Below, one piece after another: positions 10,069 through 20,691 of a stretch of DNA of 64,000 nucleotides. Numbering within the stretch: the stretch's first letter is position 1; each line of letters opens with the position of its first letter. Source of the DNA: Armatimonadota bacterium. GTDB taxonomy: Bacteria > Armatimonadota > Fimbriimonadia > Fimbriimonadales > Fimbriimonadaceae. The notes beneath the pieces are model-generated. The model ran no database searches. It saw only the letters and a list, made by a program, of their open reading frames with translations, and was not told where the DNA came from. The stretch is from positions 1-64,000 of the forward strand of contig JANNQV010000058.1 in the NCBI GenBank assembly GCA_031400935.1. The letters are read 5' to 3'. The position numbers were made by a program, and so were the translations under genes.

Positions 10069-10147
10069 TACGGTGGGCCAAGAAATGGCGCGTAACTTAG
10101 GAGTTGCGCTACGGAGCGGCCCAACGAAAGAACAGGAGGTTCTGAAA

Positions 10148-10672
10148 ATGAAAATTTTGGTAACTATATTGGCCGTCGGCGCACTTGTCGGCTCGGCTTT
10201 CGCTTCTTCACCTACAGCCCCGGAAGCGGGAAATAAGTGGAACATCAATGTCGGCTTTGCGGTCCCTGATGGCGATCTCAAAGACGCTGGCGTAGACAAC
10301 ATGTTTAGCTTTGGTGCTGATTGGATTCTCAACAGCGGCATGGGCGATACTGGCAACTCAAGCTCATACATTGGCATTCTCGCAATGTTTGGCTCGGGCG
10401 ATCTCAGCCTAGACGTGATGACCTATGGAATTCACTATGGATTTGAATTCGGCGTTGGCGACAACAGCGAGTTCGCAATTCGAGTTCAAGGCGGATATTA
10501 CAATAGTGATATGGGTGATTTGAACGAGTGGGGTTTTGGCGGAATGGGTGCTGTGGGCTATAAGCCAGCAGCAGGCGGCTTTTCGATCTGGGTTGGATAC
10601 TATTTCTTCCCAGAAGTAGATGGAGCTGACAATCGAGGCTTCCAAGTCTCGGTGGGAATTCCAGTTAAGTAA
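10148..10672 (+). CDS. Small outer-membrane beta-barrel protein
   Basis: AGGAGG RBS, signal peptide MKILVTILAVGALVGSAFA, about 8 amphipathic aromatic-rich strands. Confidence 0.8.
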   Translation: MKILVTILAVGALVGSAFASSPTAPEAGNKWNINVGFAVPDGDLKDAGVDNMFSFGADWILNSGMGDTGNSSSYIGILAMFGSGDLSLDVMTYGIHYGFEFGVGDNSEFAIRVQGGYYNSDMGDLNEWGFGGMGAVGYKPAAGGFSIWVGYYFFPEVDGADNRGFQVSVGIPVK

Positions 10673-10692
10673 TAAATCTTAGCAAAACTCTC

Positions 10693-10725
10693 AAAACACC
10701 CCAGCAATTGTTGGGGTGTTTTTTT
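10693..10725 (+). terminator. Rho-independent terminator
   Basis: AAAACACCCCAGCAA/TTGTTGGGGTGTTTT hairpin followed by a T-run. Confidence 0.85.
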
Positions 10726-10777
10726 ATTTTTTTAGACGACAGTTTGTATTGCGTAATCCGTCGTGTATCATAGAATG

Positions 10778-11995
10778 GTGAAATTTTCGATTAGATTCGT
10801 TTGCATTGTCTGGCTTTCGTTGTTTACGATGTCTGCTTTTGCAAAAGATCGGATCGAAACATATTCCGTTTTCACAGTCAATTGTAGCGGACCAAAGCAA
10901 GTCCAGATATTGAGTGATGCCAACGTCATTCTTATGGGCGAAGACGTATTAATTGGCGAGAACCAAGTTGCTGTCCGATTTGGCGAAGAACTTAGCGTAG
11001 CTGCTATTCCCTTGCCTTCCAAATTTTTGCGAATTTATCGGACATCAATTTCCGAAGGTGTTTCAGATGGTGGACCTAACTACAGAACAGAATGGCTCAA
11101 TCTTGACCAAATAAATGCAGAATGGGAGACGCTCCGGGCAACGTATCCGTGGCTCGTTTCACGCAAGTCAATAGGAACCAGTCACGAGGGCCGAACCATT
11201 TGGGCTTACCGAGTATTTCGTCCTGAGCTGAGGGACGTTTTAACCCCACCCAAGTCAGTTTTGATTCTCGGAAACACCCATGCACGAGAGTGGATGTCTC
11301 CGTCAGTTGTCTTGCATTTGGGAATCAAACTGACTGAATTGCTAGCGACAACTGACGACTTGTTGACTGATCAGTTGGTAGACAGTGTCGGTACCTATTT
11401 TGTGCCGGTCATGAATCCAGATGGTTATTTTCGATCATGGAATGGCGAGAGATTTTGGAGAAAGAACCGCCGAAATAATGGCGGTGGCGTATTCGGAGTT
11501 GACTTAAATCGTAACTATGAAAAGGCTTGGGGAGGTGCAGGTTCCAGTGGAACCACATCTTCAGACACGTACCGCGGCCCTTCCCCTGCGAGCGAACCCG
11601 AACTTCAAGCGGTTCGAAATTATGCCCTGACCTTGCGTAACTTGATTGCTTTCGTTGACTATCACAGCTATGCTGGGGATATCTTGTACCCATGGTCTTA
11701 TACGACCGCGCCTGCTCCGCCAGCGGCCGTCACGATGTTCCAAAGCGTTGGAGCCCCAATCAGGAGCGCAATTATCGCGGCGGGCGGCCCCACGTACACT
11801 CTTGGACAAGGTTCGGTAGTCCTCTATCTAGCAGCCGGTTCGTCCAAAGATTGGTTTTATGACCGATTCAATGTCCCTTCCTATACGATTGAGATTTTTG
11901 GAACCCAATTTGACCCTCCCGCAACGACCATTACCCCTACACAAGATCACTCTTGGGCAGGGTTCAAGGCATTTCTTGATGCGGCGATTCCGTAA
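10778..11995 (+). CDS. M14 zinc carboxypeptidase
   Basis: HAREW, NPDGY, WRKNR, GVDLNRNY, DYHSY, YTIE motifs; signal peptide. Confidence 0.93.
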   Translation: MKFSIRFVCIVWLSLFTMSAFAKDRIETYSVFTVNCSGPKQVQILSDANVILMGEDVLIGENQVAVRFGEELSVAAIPLPSKFLRIYRTSISEGVSDGGPNYRTEWLNLDQINAEWETLRATYPWLVSRKSIGTSHEGRTIWAYRVFRPELRDVLTPPKSVLILGNTHAREWMSPSVVLHLGIKLTELLATTDDLLTDQLVDSVGTYFVPVMNPDGYFRSWNGERFWRKNRRNNGGGVFGVDLNRNYEKAWGGAGSSGTTSSDTYRGPSPASEPELQAVRNYALTLRNLIAFVDYHSYAGDILYPWSYTTAPAPPAAVTMFQSVGAPIRSAIIAAGGPTYTLGQGSVVLYLAAGSSKDWFYDRFNVPSYTIEIFGTQFDPPATTITPTQDHSWAGFKAFLDAAIP

Positions 11996-12054
11996 GCCCA
12001 GAAAAATACTAGGGTTTTAGATTCAAATTCGTGGAAAAAATACGGTGGCGACCC

Positions 12055-13806
12055 ATGGAGGGATTGCCAGCGGATTTATTTTCTATGCTTACCGGCGATG
12101 TATTTGTGGCTGAAGGTCTGATTAGTTCAGATCAATTGCAGGTAGCCGAAGAGAAGAGAAAAGAACTTGGCGGAGCAGACCCGATTGCGCGCGTTCTTGT
12201 CGAGATGGGCTTCATTGACGAGCGTGACCGCGTCCGTTGCCTTGGAAAAGTTTGGGGAGTGGGTTGCCGGGACCTGCGAGAATTCGAGCCATCCGCCGAA
12301 ATCCTTGCCCTAATTTCACCACAAATTGCGAAGCGGTTCAAGGCTATACCACTTGAGCTAGTTGATGAAAAACTCGTAGTTGCGATGGCCAATCCACTCG
12401 ATATTTTCATCATTGATGAACTTCGACTTATTACTGCCAAAGAGATTGAGCCTGTAATAGCTGTAGAAGAAGACTTGTATCAAGCCCTATCCAATTTTTA
12501 TAAGATTGAAGCCAATGTTACTGACGCCCTTGCTGGCGTAATGAAAGATTTCGATGGAGATGACATCGAAATCGGCATCGGCGATTTCGATGAAATGAGC
12601 GAAGCTGAACTTCGGGAACTGAGCGAAGATGCGCCGATTATTCGACTCGCAAATCTTATCATCACGCAAGGAATCAACGACAAGGCTTCTGATATTCATA
12701 TTGAGCCACAAAAGAACGGAATGTGCGTTCGCTATCGAATTGACGGTGTGATGATGGACGGAATGAAGCTGCCAAGAAAAATAATGGCGGCGCTTACATC
12801 TCGCTTCAAGATCATGTCCGATATGGATATTGCCGAAAAGCGAATGCCGCAAGATAACCGAATTTCTGCAACTATCGGTGGAAAGGATTTCGATTTTCGT
12901 GTTTCATCGTTGCCCGTAGTTTATGGCGAAAAAATCGTTTTGCGAATTCTGGATAAGGGCGGAATCAACGTAGGTTTGCATAAGCTTGGGTTCTTGCCGC
13001 ACAACTTGGCACTGCTTGAAGACGCATGTGCGAGAAGCTACGGAATCATCCTTGTTACCGGTCCTACTGGATCAGGAAAATCAACGACGCTCTATTCAGT
13101 TTTGAACCAAGTCAATGATGGCAGTTCAAACATTATTACAATTGAGGATCCCGTTGAATACGAGCTCTCTGGAATCAACCAATGCGGTGTGAACAACCGC
13201 GCTGGCATGACATTTTCAGCTGGGCTTCGGGCAATGCTTCGTCAAGACCCAGACATCATCATGATCGGCGAAATGCGGGATACAGAAACGGCAACGATTG
13301 CGATGGAAGCCGCATTAACAGGGCACCTTGTACTCTCAACTTTGCACACAAATGATGCGGCTTCAGCACCAACTCGGCTTATTGACATGGAAGTTGAGCC
13401 GTTCTTGATTTCATCGTCCATCATTGGAATACTGGCTCAAAGGCTTGTGCGAACCATTTGCCCAAAATGTAAGGAACCATATTCTGCCAGTCGCGAAAGT
13501 CTGTTGCGATATGGATTTCCTGTGAGCGATGAAATTGGAGCCGAGACGAATGGCGAGATCACGTTGTTTAAGGGAAAAGGCTGCGACCATTGTAAAGGCA
13601 CTGGTTACAAGGGTCGAACTGGTGTTCACGAAATGTTGGCGATGAACGATGCCATTCGCGATAAGATTCTCGAAAAGTCGCCGTCACACATTATTCGAAA
13701 TCTCGCCGTCGAAAATGGCATGAAAACTCTTCAAGTGGATGCAGTTCAGAAAATCCTTATGGGAACAACTTCAGTTGATGAAGTTCTTCGCGTTATATAT
13801 GCATAA
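12055..13806 (+). CDS. pilB: Type IV pilus assembly ATPase PilB/GspE
   Basis: N-terminal MshEN-like region, ASDIHIEP, GPTGSGKSTTLY, TIEDPVE, LRQDPD, tetra-Cys zinc motif; start could be 12031. Confidence 0.93.
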   Translation: MEGLPADLFSMLTGDVFVAEGLISSDQLQVAEEKRKELGGADPIARVLVEMGFIDERDRVRCLGKVWGVGCRDLREFEPSAEILALISPQIAKRFKAIPLELVDEKLVVAMANPLDIFIIDELRLITAKEIEPVIAVEEDLYQALSNFYKIEANVTDALAGVMKDFDGDDIEIGIGDFDEMSEAELRELSEDAPIIRLANLIITQGINDKASDIHIEPQKNGMCVRYRIDGVMMDGMKLPRKIMAALTSRFKIMSDMDIAEKRMPQDNRISATIGGKDFDFRVSSLPVVYGEKIVLRILDKGGINVGLHKLGFLPHNLALLEDACARSYGIILVTGPTGSGKSTTLYSVLNQVNDGSSNIITIEDPVEYELSGINQCGVNNRAGMTFSAGLRAMLRQDPDIIMIGEMRDTETATIAMEAALTGHLVLSTLHTNDAASAPTRLIDMEVEPFLISSSIIGILAQRLVRTICPKCKEPYSASRESLLRYGFPVSDEIGAETNGEITLFKGKGCDHCKGTGYKGRTGVHEMLAMNDAIRDKILEKSPSHIIRNLAVENGMKTLQVDAVQKILMGTTSVDEVLRVIYA

Positions 13807-13875
13807 ACACTAACTATCGTATCAAAAGTACCCAAGAATTAATACTTGGGACATTAACCACTACAAAAGAAAACC

Positions 13876-14745
13876 ATGTCAGCCGCACCACAATTCGCAG
13901 GAAACGATCGAACGGAAGAACTGCTCGCCAGAATTGGCGAGATTGCAGTTCTGCCTCACGTTGTCTACAAGGTCTTAGAGCTTTCCGGCTCGGACGACAC
14001 CTCAGCCATTGAAATAGAGCGAGCCATTCAAATTGATCCTGGATTTGCAAGCAGAGTCCTCACCCTTGCTAACTCGGCCCATTTTGCATTGCCAAAAAAG
14101 GTCAGTTCCATTAAAGATGCAATTATGTTTTGCGGACTCAAGACGGTTCGTGAACTAGCCATGACAGTAGGCGCATACGACCTGTTTATGGGCAAGCAAG
14201 ACAAAAGTTCGATGAGAAGACGAACTTGGTGGCGACACAGCCTGGATACTGCTGTTTGTTGCAAGTGGTTAGCAGCTCGGACGCGATCCGTTCCAATTGA
14301 AGAAGCTTACACCTGCGGGCTACTTCACCTTATCGGAAAGATATTGCTAGACCGGTTTGGAGGAGAGGATTACGAAGAAGTTGACCGCCTGATTGAGGGT
14401 GGCTACAACATACCGGACGCAGAGAGCATCGTCTTCGGGACAAATCATGTAATGATTGCTATTGCAGCAACTCAAAAATGGGGTTTTCCTCACGTTTTGA
14501 GCAATGGAATCAATTACATTTCAGAACCTAGTGATACGGAGCCTGCCAGGAATCATCGCTGTTGCTTGGCCATTGCCAGCCCTATCGCATGGTTCGCAAT
14601 GCTTGGTCGCCAGGGCGGGCAACAACAGGAGTTATCATTGCCGTTGTGGGCGACGAGCTCAGTAGGAATTTCAGCGGAGCAGCATTTAGAACTCATTACA
14701 GGAGCAATTCACGCAATCGGAAACGCTGCGTCTATTCACGGATAG
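13876..14745 (+). CDS. HDOD domain protein
   Basis: IQIDPGFASRVLTLANSA, WRHSL, CGLLHLIGK, KWGFP motifs. Confidence 0.92.
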   Translation: MSAAPQFAGNDRTEELLARIGEIAVLPHVVYKVLELSGSDDTSAIEIERAIQIDPGFASRVLTLANSAHFALPKKVSSIKDAIMFCGLKTVRELAMTVGAYDLFMGKQDKSSMRRRTWWRHSLDTAVCCKWLAARTRSVPIEEAYTCGLLHLIGKILLDRFGGEDYEEVDRLIEGGYNIPDAESIVFGTNHVMIAIAATQKWGFPHVLSNGINYISEPSDTEPARNHRCCLAIASPIAWFAMLGRQGGQQQELSLPLWATSSVGISAEQHLELITGAIHAIGNAASIHG

Positions 14746-14760
14746 CAGAAGGGAGCAACC

Positions 14761-16236
14761 ATGTCAAACGAAGCATTTAGTTGGAACAAATTTTTGAGTC
14801 CGGAAGAAGAGGAAGCGGCAAAGAGTTCGGTATCAGAACCAAACTTGGAGATTGTGCAAACGCAGCAAATGTCTACGAATGAGGCAGCCGAAGAAGCACT
14901 CAAATTGGCGGAGGAATTTAACCTGGGGCATCCAAAGCCAGTTCCTCTAGAAGTAGTGGAAGAAATTCCGGCAGCACCGGACAATACTGACTTCGGAACA
15001 AACCCGTTTACTAATGCCGACGATGCAAAGCCTCCAGATATGGAAGACAGGTTTATCCAGGTGGAACTACCTGACGATATTCATTCCTTTAAGATCAACA
15101 AAGATAAATACGATATTCACGACCATGTCAATCCCGATGCGTTGAAGAATCAAATTGATGTTTTGCCGCTTGACGACGTACATATTGACGACATCTTGAG
15201 AATGGCAATCGAGCGTAAGGCAAGCGATATCCACTTAACGTCATCGCTTCCGCCGATGATTCGGTTAGATGGCGAACTTCAGCCGTTGCCATTTGAAACT
15301 TTGACTCCAGAACACTGTAGAAGACTAGTCTATGACACGCTTCATGATGAGCAGATTCAGAAGTTCGAGCAAACTCATGAGCTCGACTTTGGCTACGGGG
15401 TTACCAACCTCTCCAGATTTCGTTTCAACGTGTATATGCAGCGAGGTTCAGTTGCTGGCGCATTGCGTGCAATTCCAACTAAAATTCCGGCATTTGACGA
15501 ACTCGGGTTGCCAACCGTAATTCGTGAAATTGGCAAGAGGCACTCTGGGCTGGTTCTCGTCACCGGACCGACAGGCTCGGGAAAATCCACGACGATCGCC
15601 TCCATGATTGACGATATCAACGAGAATCGAACTTCGCACATCATGACAATCGAAGATCCCATTGAATACTTGCACAGCCATAAAAAGTGCATGGTCAATC
15701 AGCGGGAGCTTCATGCAGATACGTTCACATTTCATAATGCTCTAAGAGCAGTTCTTAGAGAAGACCCTGATATCATTCTCGTCGGTGAGCTTCGCGATTT
15801 AGAAACGATTGAAGCAGCTTTGACATTGGCAGAAACCGGCCACTTGGTTTTTGGAACTCTTCACACTCGAAACGCTCCCTCCACCATTGACCGTATCGTT
15901 GACGTGTTTTCAGCCGACCAACAAGCGCAGATTCGCGTACTCTTAGGCAATACCCTTGAAGGGGTTGTCTCGCAGCAGCTTTTACCTCGACTGGGCGGAG
16001 GACGCGTTGCTTCCATCGAAATCATGCTGGGAACGCCAGCAATTAAGAACTTGATTCGTGAAGGCAAGACGCACCAGATGTATTCAAGCATTGAAACATC
16101 GGCGCAAATAGGAATGCAAACGATGGACCGCTCGCTTGCCGAAATCTTTAGACAAGGCTTGTGCTCGTATGAAGAATGCCTGATGCGAGCAGTTGATAAG
16201 GAAACGTTTGCCCGCTTGGCGAAGGGTGCGGCTTAG
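14761..16236 (+). CDS. pilT: Twitching-motility retraction ATPase PilT with acidic N-terminal extension
   Basis: ASDIHL, GPTGSGKSTT, TIEDPIE, LREDPD, AETGHLVFGTLHT, AIKNLIRE, GMQTMD. Confidence 0.93.
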   Translation: MSNEAFSWNKFLSPEEEEAAKSSVSEPNLEIVQTQQMSTNEAAEEALKLAEEFNLGHPKPVPLEVVEEIPAAPDNTDFGTNPFTNADDAKPPDMEDRFIQVELPDDIHSFKINKDKYDIHDHVNPDALKNQIDVLPLDDVHIDDILRMAIERKASDIHLTSSLPPMIRLDGELQPLPFETLTPEHCRRLVYDTLHDEQIQKFEQTHELDFGYGVTNLSRFRFNVYMQRGSVAGALRAIPTKIPAFDELGLPTVIREIGKRHSGLVLVTGPTGSGKSTTIASMIDDINENRTSHIMTIEDPIEYLHSHKKCMVNQRELHADTFTFHNALRAVLREDPDIILVGELRDLETIEAALTLAETGHLVFGTLHTRNAPSTIDRIVDVFSADQQAQIRVLLGNTLEGVVSQQLLPRLGGGRVASIEIMLGTPAIKNLIREGKTHQMYSSIETSAQIGMQTMDRSLAEIFRQGLCSYEECLMRAVDKETFARLAKGAA

Positions 16237-16305
16237 GGAACCGAGATTAGGGTGTAGGGTTTAGGGTTTTAAGGTAACAAGGTTCCGCAACCCCATACCC
16301 CGATC

Positions 16306-17028
16306 CTATTTCCTTCGCTTGCGAATGAGAGCAACAACGCCTAATCCAATCACTGCCATAGTGGCTGGCTCTGGCACTGAATTTGTTTGCGCGGCTGAAC
16401 CGAACGAAAAATTCACATTGTTGATTGCAGCGAGGTTTATTGGCCCGTTGCCAACAAGCGTAAATGTAACGCTGTTTCGCACCGCTGGGTTATTGTTCGC
16501 AGCATTTAGAGTTCCAAAGGAAGATGAAATCGCATAATCATCTCCTGGTGAGCTGCCTGCGTTGCCAAGACCCATCATCCTCTCATAAAAGGTGTCGCTG
16601 TTAGTACCGAAAACGCCGAGTCCAACACAGGAAACGCCGTGTCCAAAATTGACACTTTGAAATGTAAAAGCATCCTCGTACATGTACTCTTTGTCCAGGT
16701 CATAAGAGCCCGTGTATGTAGCGTTGTTCAATTGCACTACCGAAGCGCCTTGGTCAACATTGTTACTGGCGTGTGGCTGGACAAATGTCATTCCCGTCTG
16801 ATTCCAAACCAATGTTCCCAATGTGTCGGCAGGATTGTTTGACGCCTGAGCCGATGCGTTTGACAGGACGATTGTGAGTACGTTGCCTGAAGCCGTAAAA
16901 TCGGCGGATGCGCTAAGGGTTTGACCGCTTGTGGTTGATGTTCCGCTCCAAGTAAAAAGAATCGCATTCGCCGATGAAGCAAATGCCAAGCAAGCAACAG
17001 ATATTCCAATTATTCCAAATTTATTCAT
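16306..17028 (-). CDS. PEP-CTERM sorting-domain protein
   Basis: Signal peptide; C-terminal VPEPATMAVIGLGVVALIRKRRK. Confidence 0.93.
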   Translation of the reverse strand: MNKFGIIGISVACLAFASSANAILFTWSGTSTTSGQTLSASADFTASGNVLTIVLSNASAQASNNPADTLGTLVWNQTGMTFVQPHASNNVDQGASVVQLNNATYTGSYDLDKEYMYEDAFTFQSVNFGHGVSCVGLGVFGTNSDTFYERMMGLGNAGSSPGDDYAISSSFGTLNAANNNPAVRNSVTFTLVGNGPINLAAINNVNFSFGSAAQTNSVPEPATMAVIGLGVVALIRKRRK

Positions 17029-17275
17029 TCTTCTCTCCCAAAAAAAGTTTCCATTCATTAAACAATACACTTTCTTGCAAAGTTGGTTTATAACCAGTGA
17101 GAACCAAAAAGTCTCTTTCAAATTTCGTCAACAAGACAAATGCCTGCAAGAAATTGACTTGAACATTATGATTCATGTTCCGTGCCAATAACGAGGAATC
17201 TGGAAAGAACTCGCCAACTAGGGCGAAATACTCATATAAATACGTGGATCGGATTACCTAACTGCAATAAGTCAC

Positions 17276-17311
17276 AAAAAAACCGCTCGACAAATTGTCG
17301 AGCGGTTTTTT
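17276..17311 (-). terminator. Rho-independent (bidirectional-type) terminator
   Basis: A-run, CCGCTCGACAA/TTGTCGAGCGG stem, T-run. Confidence 0.85.
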
Positions 17312-17376
17312 GGAATCGGATCAAATTGTGCTCATACACAAAAATGATTTTTGTTAGATTGCAATACTGCCGGTTG

Positions 17377-17754
17377 TCATTCTTGTTTAATCCACCAGAT
17401 TGGTACACCTAGGTTTACACAAGGTACAAGCAACAACAAGACGGACCATCCTGGCTTGCCTGTTTTTTCAACAACTTTCCAAAGAACATAGAGTCCAACT
17501 GGACCGCAAAGCAACGAGCCAATGAACCACACGATCTCGAGCTCAGCCATTTGACACAAAAGATACATGTTTGCAATCGGAATCCAGGCCATCCAAGAAT
17601 TCTCGACTCCCATACGATTGGCCATTGTCATGATGGAATATGCAATGACTGCATATAGTGCCACGTAATACACCATATAGACTAAGAAAAAGCCGCCAAC
17701 GGCTGCCGCGGCTGCAGCCTCACCACCATCACTTTGCGCAAGTAAATTCCACAT
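17377..17754 (-). CDS. DUF5684-like membrane protein
   Basis: SWMAWIPIANMY and GKPGW motifs; GGAGG RBS. Confidence 0.75.
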   Translation of the reverse strand: MWNLLAQSDGGEAAAAAAVGGFFLVYMVYYVALYAVIAYSIMTMANRMGVENSWMAWIPIANMYLLCQMAELEIVWFIGSLLCGPVGLYVLWKVVEKTGKPGWSVLLLLVPCVNLGVPIWWIKQE

Positions 17755-17817
17755 AGAAATCCTCCTAACTGAATCGCTAAGACGATATAGGTAACAAAAA
17801 AGTAGCGACTTACGATT

Positions 17818-18378
17818 TCAAGGTCGTGTTCCTGGCTTTGAAATCGGAATATCGTTGAGCCATTGAGGAACTTCTTCGGCGACGTAGCTGTCCGCCTGAA
17901 CTTTGTATGCGGCGAAGGTTTCGCAACCAAAATCTAACTGGGACTGAGCACGGTCTATCAGAACCCCAACACCCATTGACACACCGCCAGCCGCCTTCAC
18001 CACTTCAATTGTCTCGAAAACTGACTTGCCAGTCGTTAAAACGTCGTCAACAACAAGCACTTTCGCGCCATTGGAGATTTGTGCCCCTCTTCGAAGGGTT
18101 TTTGCTCCGTTTTCGCTTTCGATGTAAATTGCCGGTAATCCCATTTGCCGAGCAACTTCAAAGGCAATGATGATCCCGCCAGTTGTCGGACCTGCGACTG
18201 AATCGAACTTAGATTCAGAAAAATGAGCAACAATTTCTGCGCACAGCGCACTCAGCACATCTGGACGTTCCAAAACCCGAAATTTCTCAAAGTAAACATC
18301 CGAATGCCTCCCCGAAGTCAGCAAAAAGTGACCTCTGAGAATGGCACCGGATTCTTCTAGCAAAGCTTCTAAGTTCAT
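17818..18378 (-). CDS. pyrE: Orotate phosphoribosyltransferase
   Basis: GHFLLTSGRHS and VLVVDDVLTTGKS PRPP-binding loop. Confidence 0.95.
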   Translation of the reverse strand: MNLEALLEESGAILRGHFLLTSGRHSDVYFEKFRVLERPDVLSALCAEIVAHFSESKFDSVAGPTTGGIIIAFEVARQMGLPAIYIESENGAKTLRRGAQISNGAKVLVVDDVLTTGKSVFETIEVVKAAGGVSMGVGVLIDRAQSQLDFGCETFAAYKVQADSYVAEEVPQWLNDIPISKPGTRP

Positions 18379-18392
18379 CCTATCAGTTTATT

Positions 18393-18500
18393 GTGTCTCG
18401 ACCGTCCCGGTCGAGTGTGGCATGGCCGTCCCGGCCATGTCCCAAAACTTGTTCTTGAGCGAGACGCTCAAGAAACTCTCGACCGGGACGGTCGAGACAC
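18393..18500. repeat. REP-like palindrome cluster (family A), 4 variant copies
   Basis: GTGTCTCGACCGTCCCGGTCGAG, GTGGCATGGCCGTCCCGGCCATG, and inverted TCTTGAGCGAGACGCTCAAGA and CTCGACCGGGACGGTCGAGACAC. Confidence 0.85.
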
Positions 18501-18514
18501 AGTCGAGCCCAAAA

Positions 18515-20638
18515 CTACCTCTCCAACCTCCGCTCGGCTGCCTTCTTAATTCTGTCATTTCTTGAGGGAATCATCAAAGCCTTTCTCAAGACTTCAACAT
18601 CTAGCTTTGGATCGAGAGCGTTAATTGCAGCGACAACAACCGAGTACATTTCCGTTCCATTAACTAAGGCTCGAATCGCCGTTCTGTCCTCCGCCTGGAG
18701 CCCAATTCCAACGATGCCGTTTACTGCATCGCGACGACGAGATTCTGATTTATGCTTCAATTCGCTTCGGAAAAAGTCTCTCGATGCCTGGATTCGGAAT
18801 CCAATCAGCTTAGACGTAGACTCAAACGCTGGGAACATTCCTTGGTCTGCCCTTAAAAGTCTTTCCGCAAACTTGACTTTGGACTCGTTTGCCGTATCGC
18901 CAAGGAATTGCATGAGCGCAGAATTTCGATCTACGCAGTTCGGTGCGAATTCAGCAACCGCACTAAGCTCCATAGCGCCAAAAGTGTGCTTCATTTCTCG
19001 AAGAAACGAATGATCAGGATCGAGAATTACTGCGTCTGGGGCTACAGTTGATTCGAATCCAAGTTCCGCTGTTTTCGTGTTAAACACGATTTGCGATCTA
19101 GACAATTTCCCGCCTGCGATAACCAGAACATCAGCTTTCAAGTCATATACTGGCGTGCCGTCATCTGTCGCCTGAGTTTGATCCACCTTGATTCTCACGC
19201 TCTTTGCAACACCATCATAAGACCACGAGTATTCGAGAACAGGGTGCCCCGGTTTGTAAACCCACTGATCGAAAAACTGAGCCATGTTGGTGCCGCTTGA
19301 CTCGGTTTGCGCACGACACAAATCCGAACTTTCCACAGGTCCAAAGCCGCCCACCGCGAAATATCGCTTTACACCAGCAAAAAAGGCATCGTCCCCGAGC
19401 CAGTTCCGCATGGTGTGCAAGACAACTGCACCCTTCGGATATGAGTGGCTGTCGAACATGTTGTCGGGGTGGGTATATAGGTTCGTCGCTAAAGGGCGTT
19501 TGTACCTACGGGATTCGGCAAAATAGCCCTGCATATTTCCTTCCATTTCTCGTTGATATGCATACTTTCCGCGAGCATGTTCGAAATAGAGGGCCTGAGA
19601 GAACGTCGCACCACTCTCGTTGAGCCAGGTATGCCCCCAATCTTTGCAGCTAACTAGGTCGCCCCACCACTGGTGGGCAAGTTCATGGGCATTTAATGAC
19701 GACATCGTGTAGAAGCCGCTTCTTTTATCGGTCAAACTGCCCATTCCAAGGGTGGTGGAACTCACATTTTCCATTCCGCCGCCAAAATCGTACATTGCAT
19801 TCTGCGCGTACTTTGGCCAAGGATACATCGTTCCAAAACGTGAGCTGAAAAATGAAAGCATGTCCTTGGTATCGCCAAACGAGTCGTCAATTAGGTTCCC
19901 CATTCCTTTCGGAACCACGTACCAAAGCTCCTTCGCGTTCCAGGATTCCTTCTTTACGTCAAATGGCCCACCAACTAATGAGAGAAGGTAAGTCGCGTGC
20001 TTTTGCGACATCTTCCAATGAACGGTCTTCCTCGTTCCTACAACTGCTTCGTCTGCCATGATTCCATTGCCTACGACTGTCCAGTCTTTTGGCACTGTTG
20101 TATAAGTTTCGCTGGTTGTAAAGTCGTTGGGATAATCCCATGTCACTGCCCAATTTCGGTTGTACAGTGATTCGCCTTGCGTCCAGAATCCGACTCGCGT
20201 AGGGTCTTTTTCGTCTGTGCGAATCCAATGCCATCCGCCTTCTCCGCCGCCGAAACCCGATCCAATTGCTTTCTCAGAACTATATTTTGCCGTGATTGTC
20301 ATCGGTTTTCCAACAATCGTAGGTATGACCTTTACAAACATATCAGAGCCTGATCGTCGAAATGTTGCCGTTTTTCCATCAACTGTAACGGCTGAAATCT
20401 GGAGCTTTTCTCCTGCATTGAGTTTGAGTTCTGTCAATCCGGCGCGCAGGGGCGAAACTAAATTCGATGATGTTCCAGCAAAAATTCGATTTTTAGGGTC
20501 GACGTCGAGACGAACGACCACATGTTGAAGGTCAAACTGGCGGCTTGGGGCAAACTGCAATGTCGCCGCGGGCGGCTGAAATGGGTTGGGACGTTGAAGG
20601 TTCTCAATCGGCAGGAAAAGCGCTAAAGGAAATGGCAT
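18515..20638 (-). CDS. M1 family aminopeptidase with HEAT-like C-terminus
   Basis: GGMEN, HELAHQWWGD-x-WLNE, SYPKGAVVLH. Confidence 0.93.
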   Translation of the reverse strand: MPFPLALFLPIENLQRPNPFQPPAATLQFAPSRQFDLQHVVVRLDVDPKNRIFAGTSSNLVSPLRAGLTELKLNAGEKLQISAVTVDGKTATFRRSGSDMFVKVIPTIVGKPMTITAKYSSEKAIGSGFGGGEGGWHWIRTDEKDPTRVGFWTQGESLYNRNWAVTWDYPNDFTTSETYTTVPKDWTVVGNGIMADEAVVGTRKTVHWKMSQKHATYLLSLVGGPFDVKKESWNAKELWYVVPKGMGNLIDDSFGDTKDMLSFFSSRFGTMYPWPKYAQNAMYDFGGGMENVSSTTLGMGSLTDKRSGFYTMSSLNAHELAHQWWGDLVSCKDWGHTWLNESGATFSQALYFEHARGKYAYQREMEGNMQGYFAESRRYKRPLATNLYTHPDNMFDSHSYPKGAVVLHTMRNWLGDDAFFAGVKRYFAVGGFGPVESSDLCRAQTESSGTNMAQFFDQWVYKPGHPVLEYSWSYDGVAKSVRIKVDQTQATDDGTPVYDLKADVLVIAGGKLSRSQIVFNTKTAELGFESTVAPDAVILDPDHSFLREMKHTFGAMELSAVAEFAPNCVDRNSALMQFLGDTANESKVKFAERLLRADQGMFPAFESTSKLIGFRIQASRDFFRSELKHKSESRRRDAVNGIVGIGLQAEDRTAIRALVNGTEMYSVVVAAINALDPKLDVEVLRKALMIPSRNDRIKKAAERRLER

Positions 20639-20691
20639 TGCTTATTTTGTCATGTTGGGCGCGCAGTTCATATGGAGCTGTGTCCTGTTAG

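Noticed and set aside
9662..10147. Long N-terminal extension of the 336-aa ORF, and of rpiB to 9765
   Set aside because: Both overlap the DUF423 gene; promoter, RBS and homology support starts at 10148 and 9549.
17170..17190. Sigma54 promoter for the PEP-CTERM gene (TTGGCACGGAACATGAA)
   Set aside because: The -24 element is good but the -12 GC is missing.
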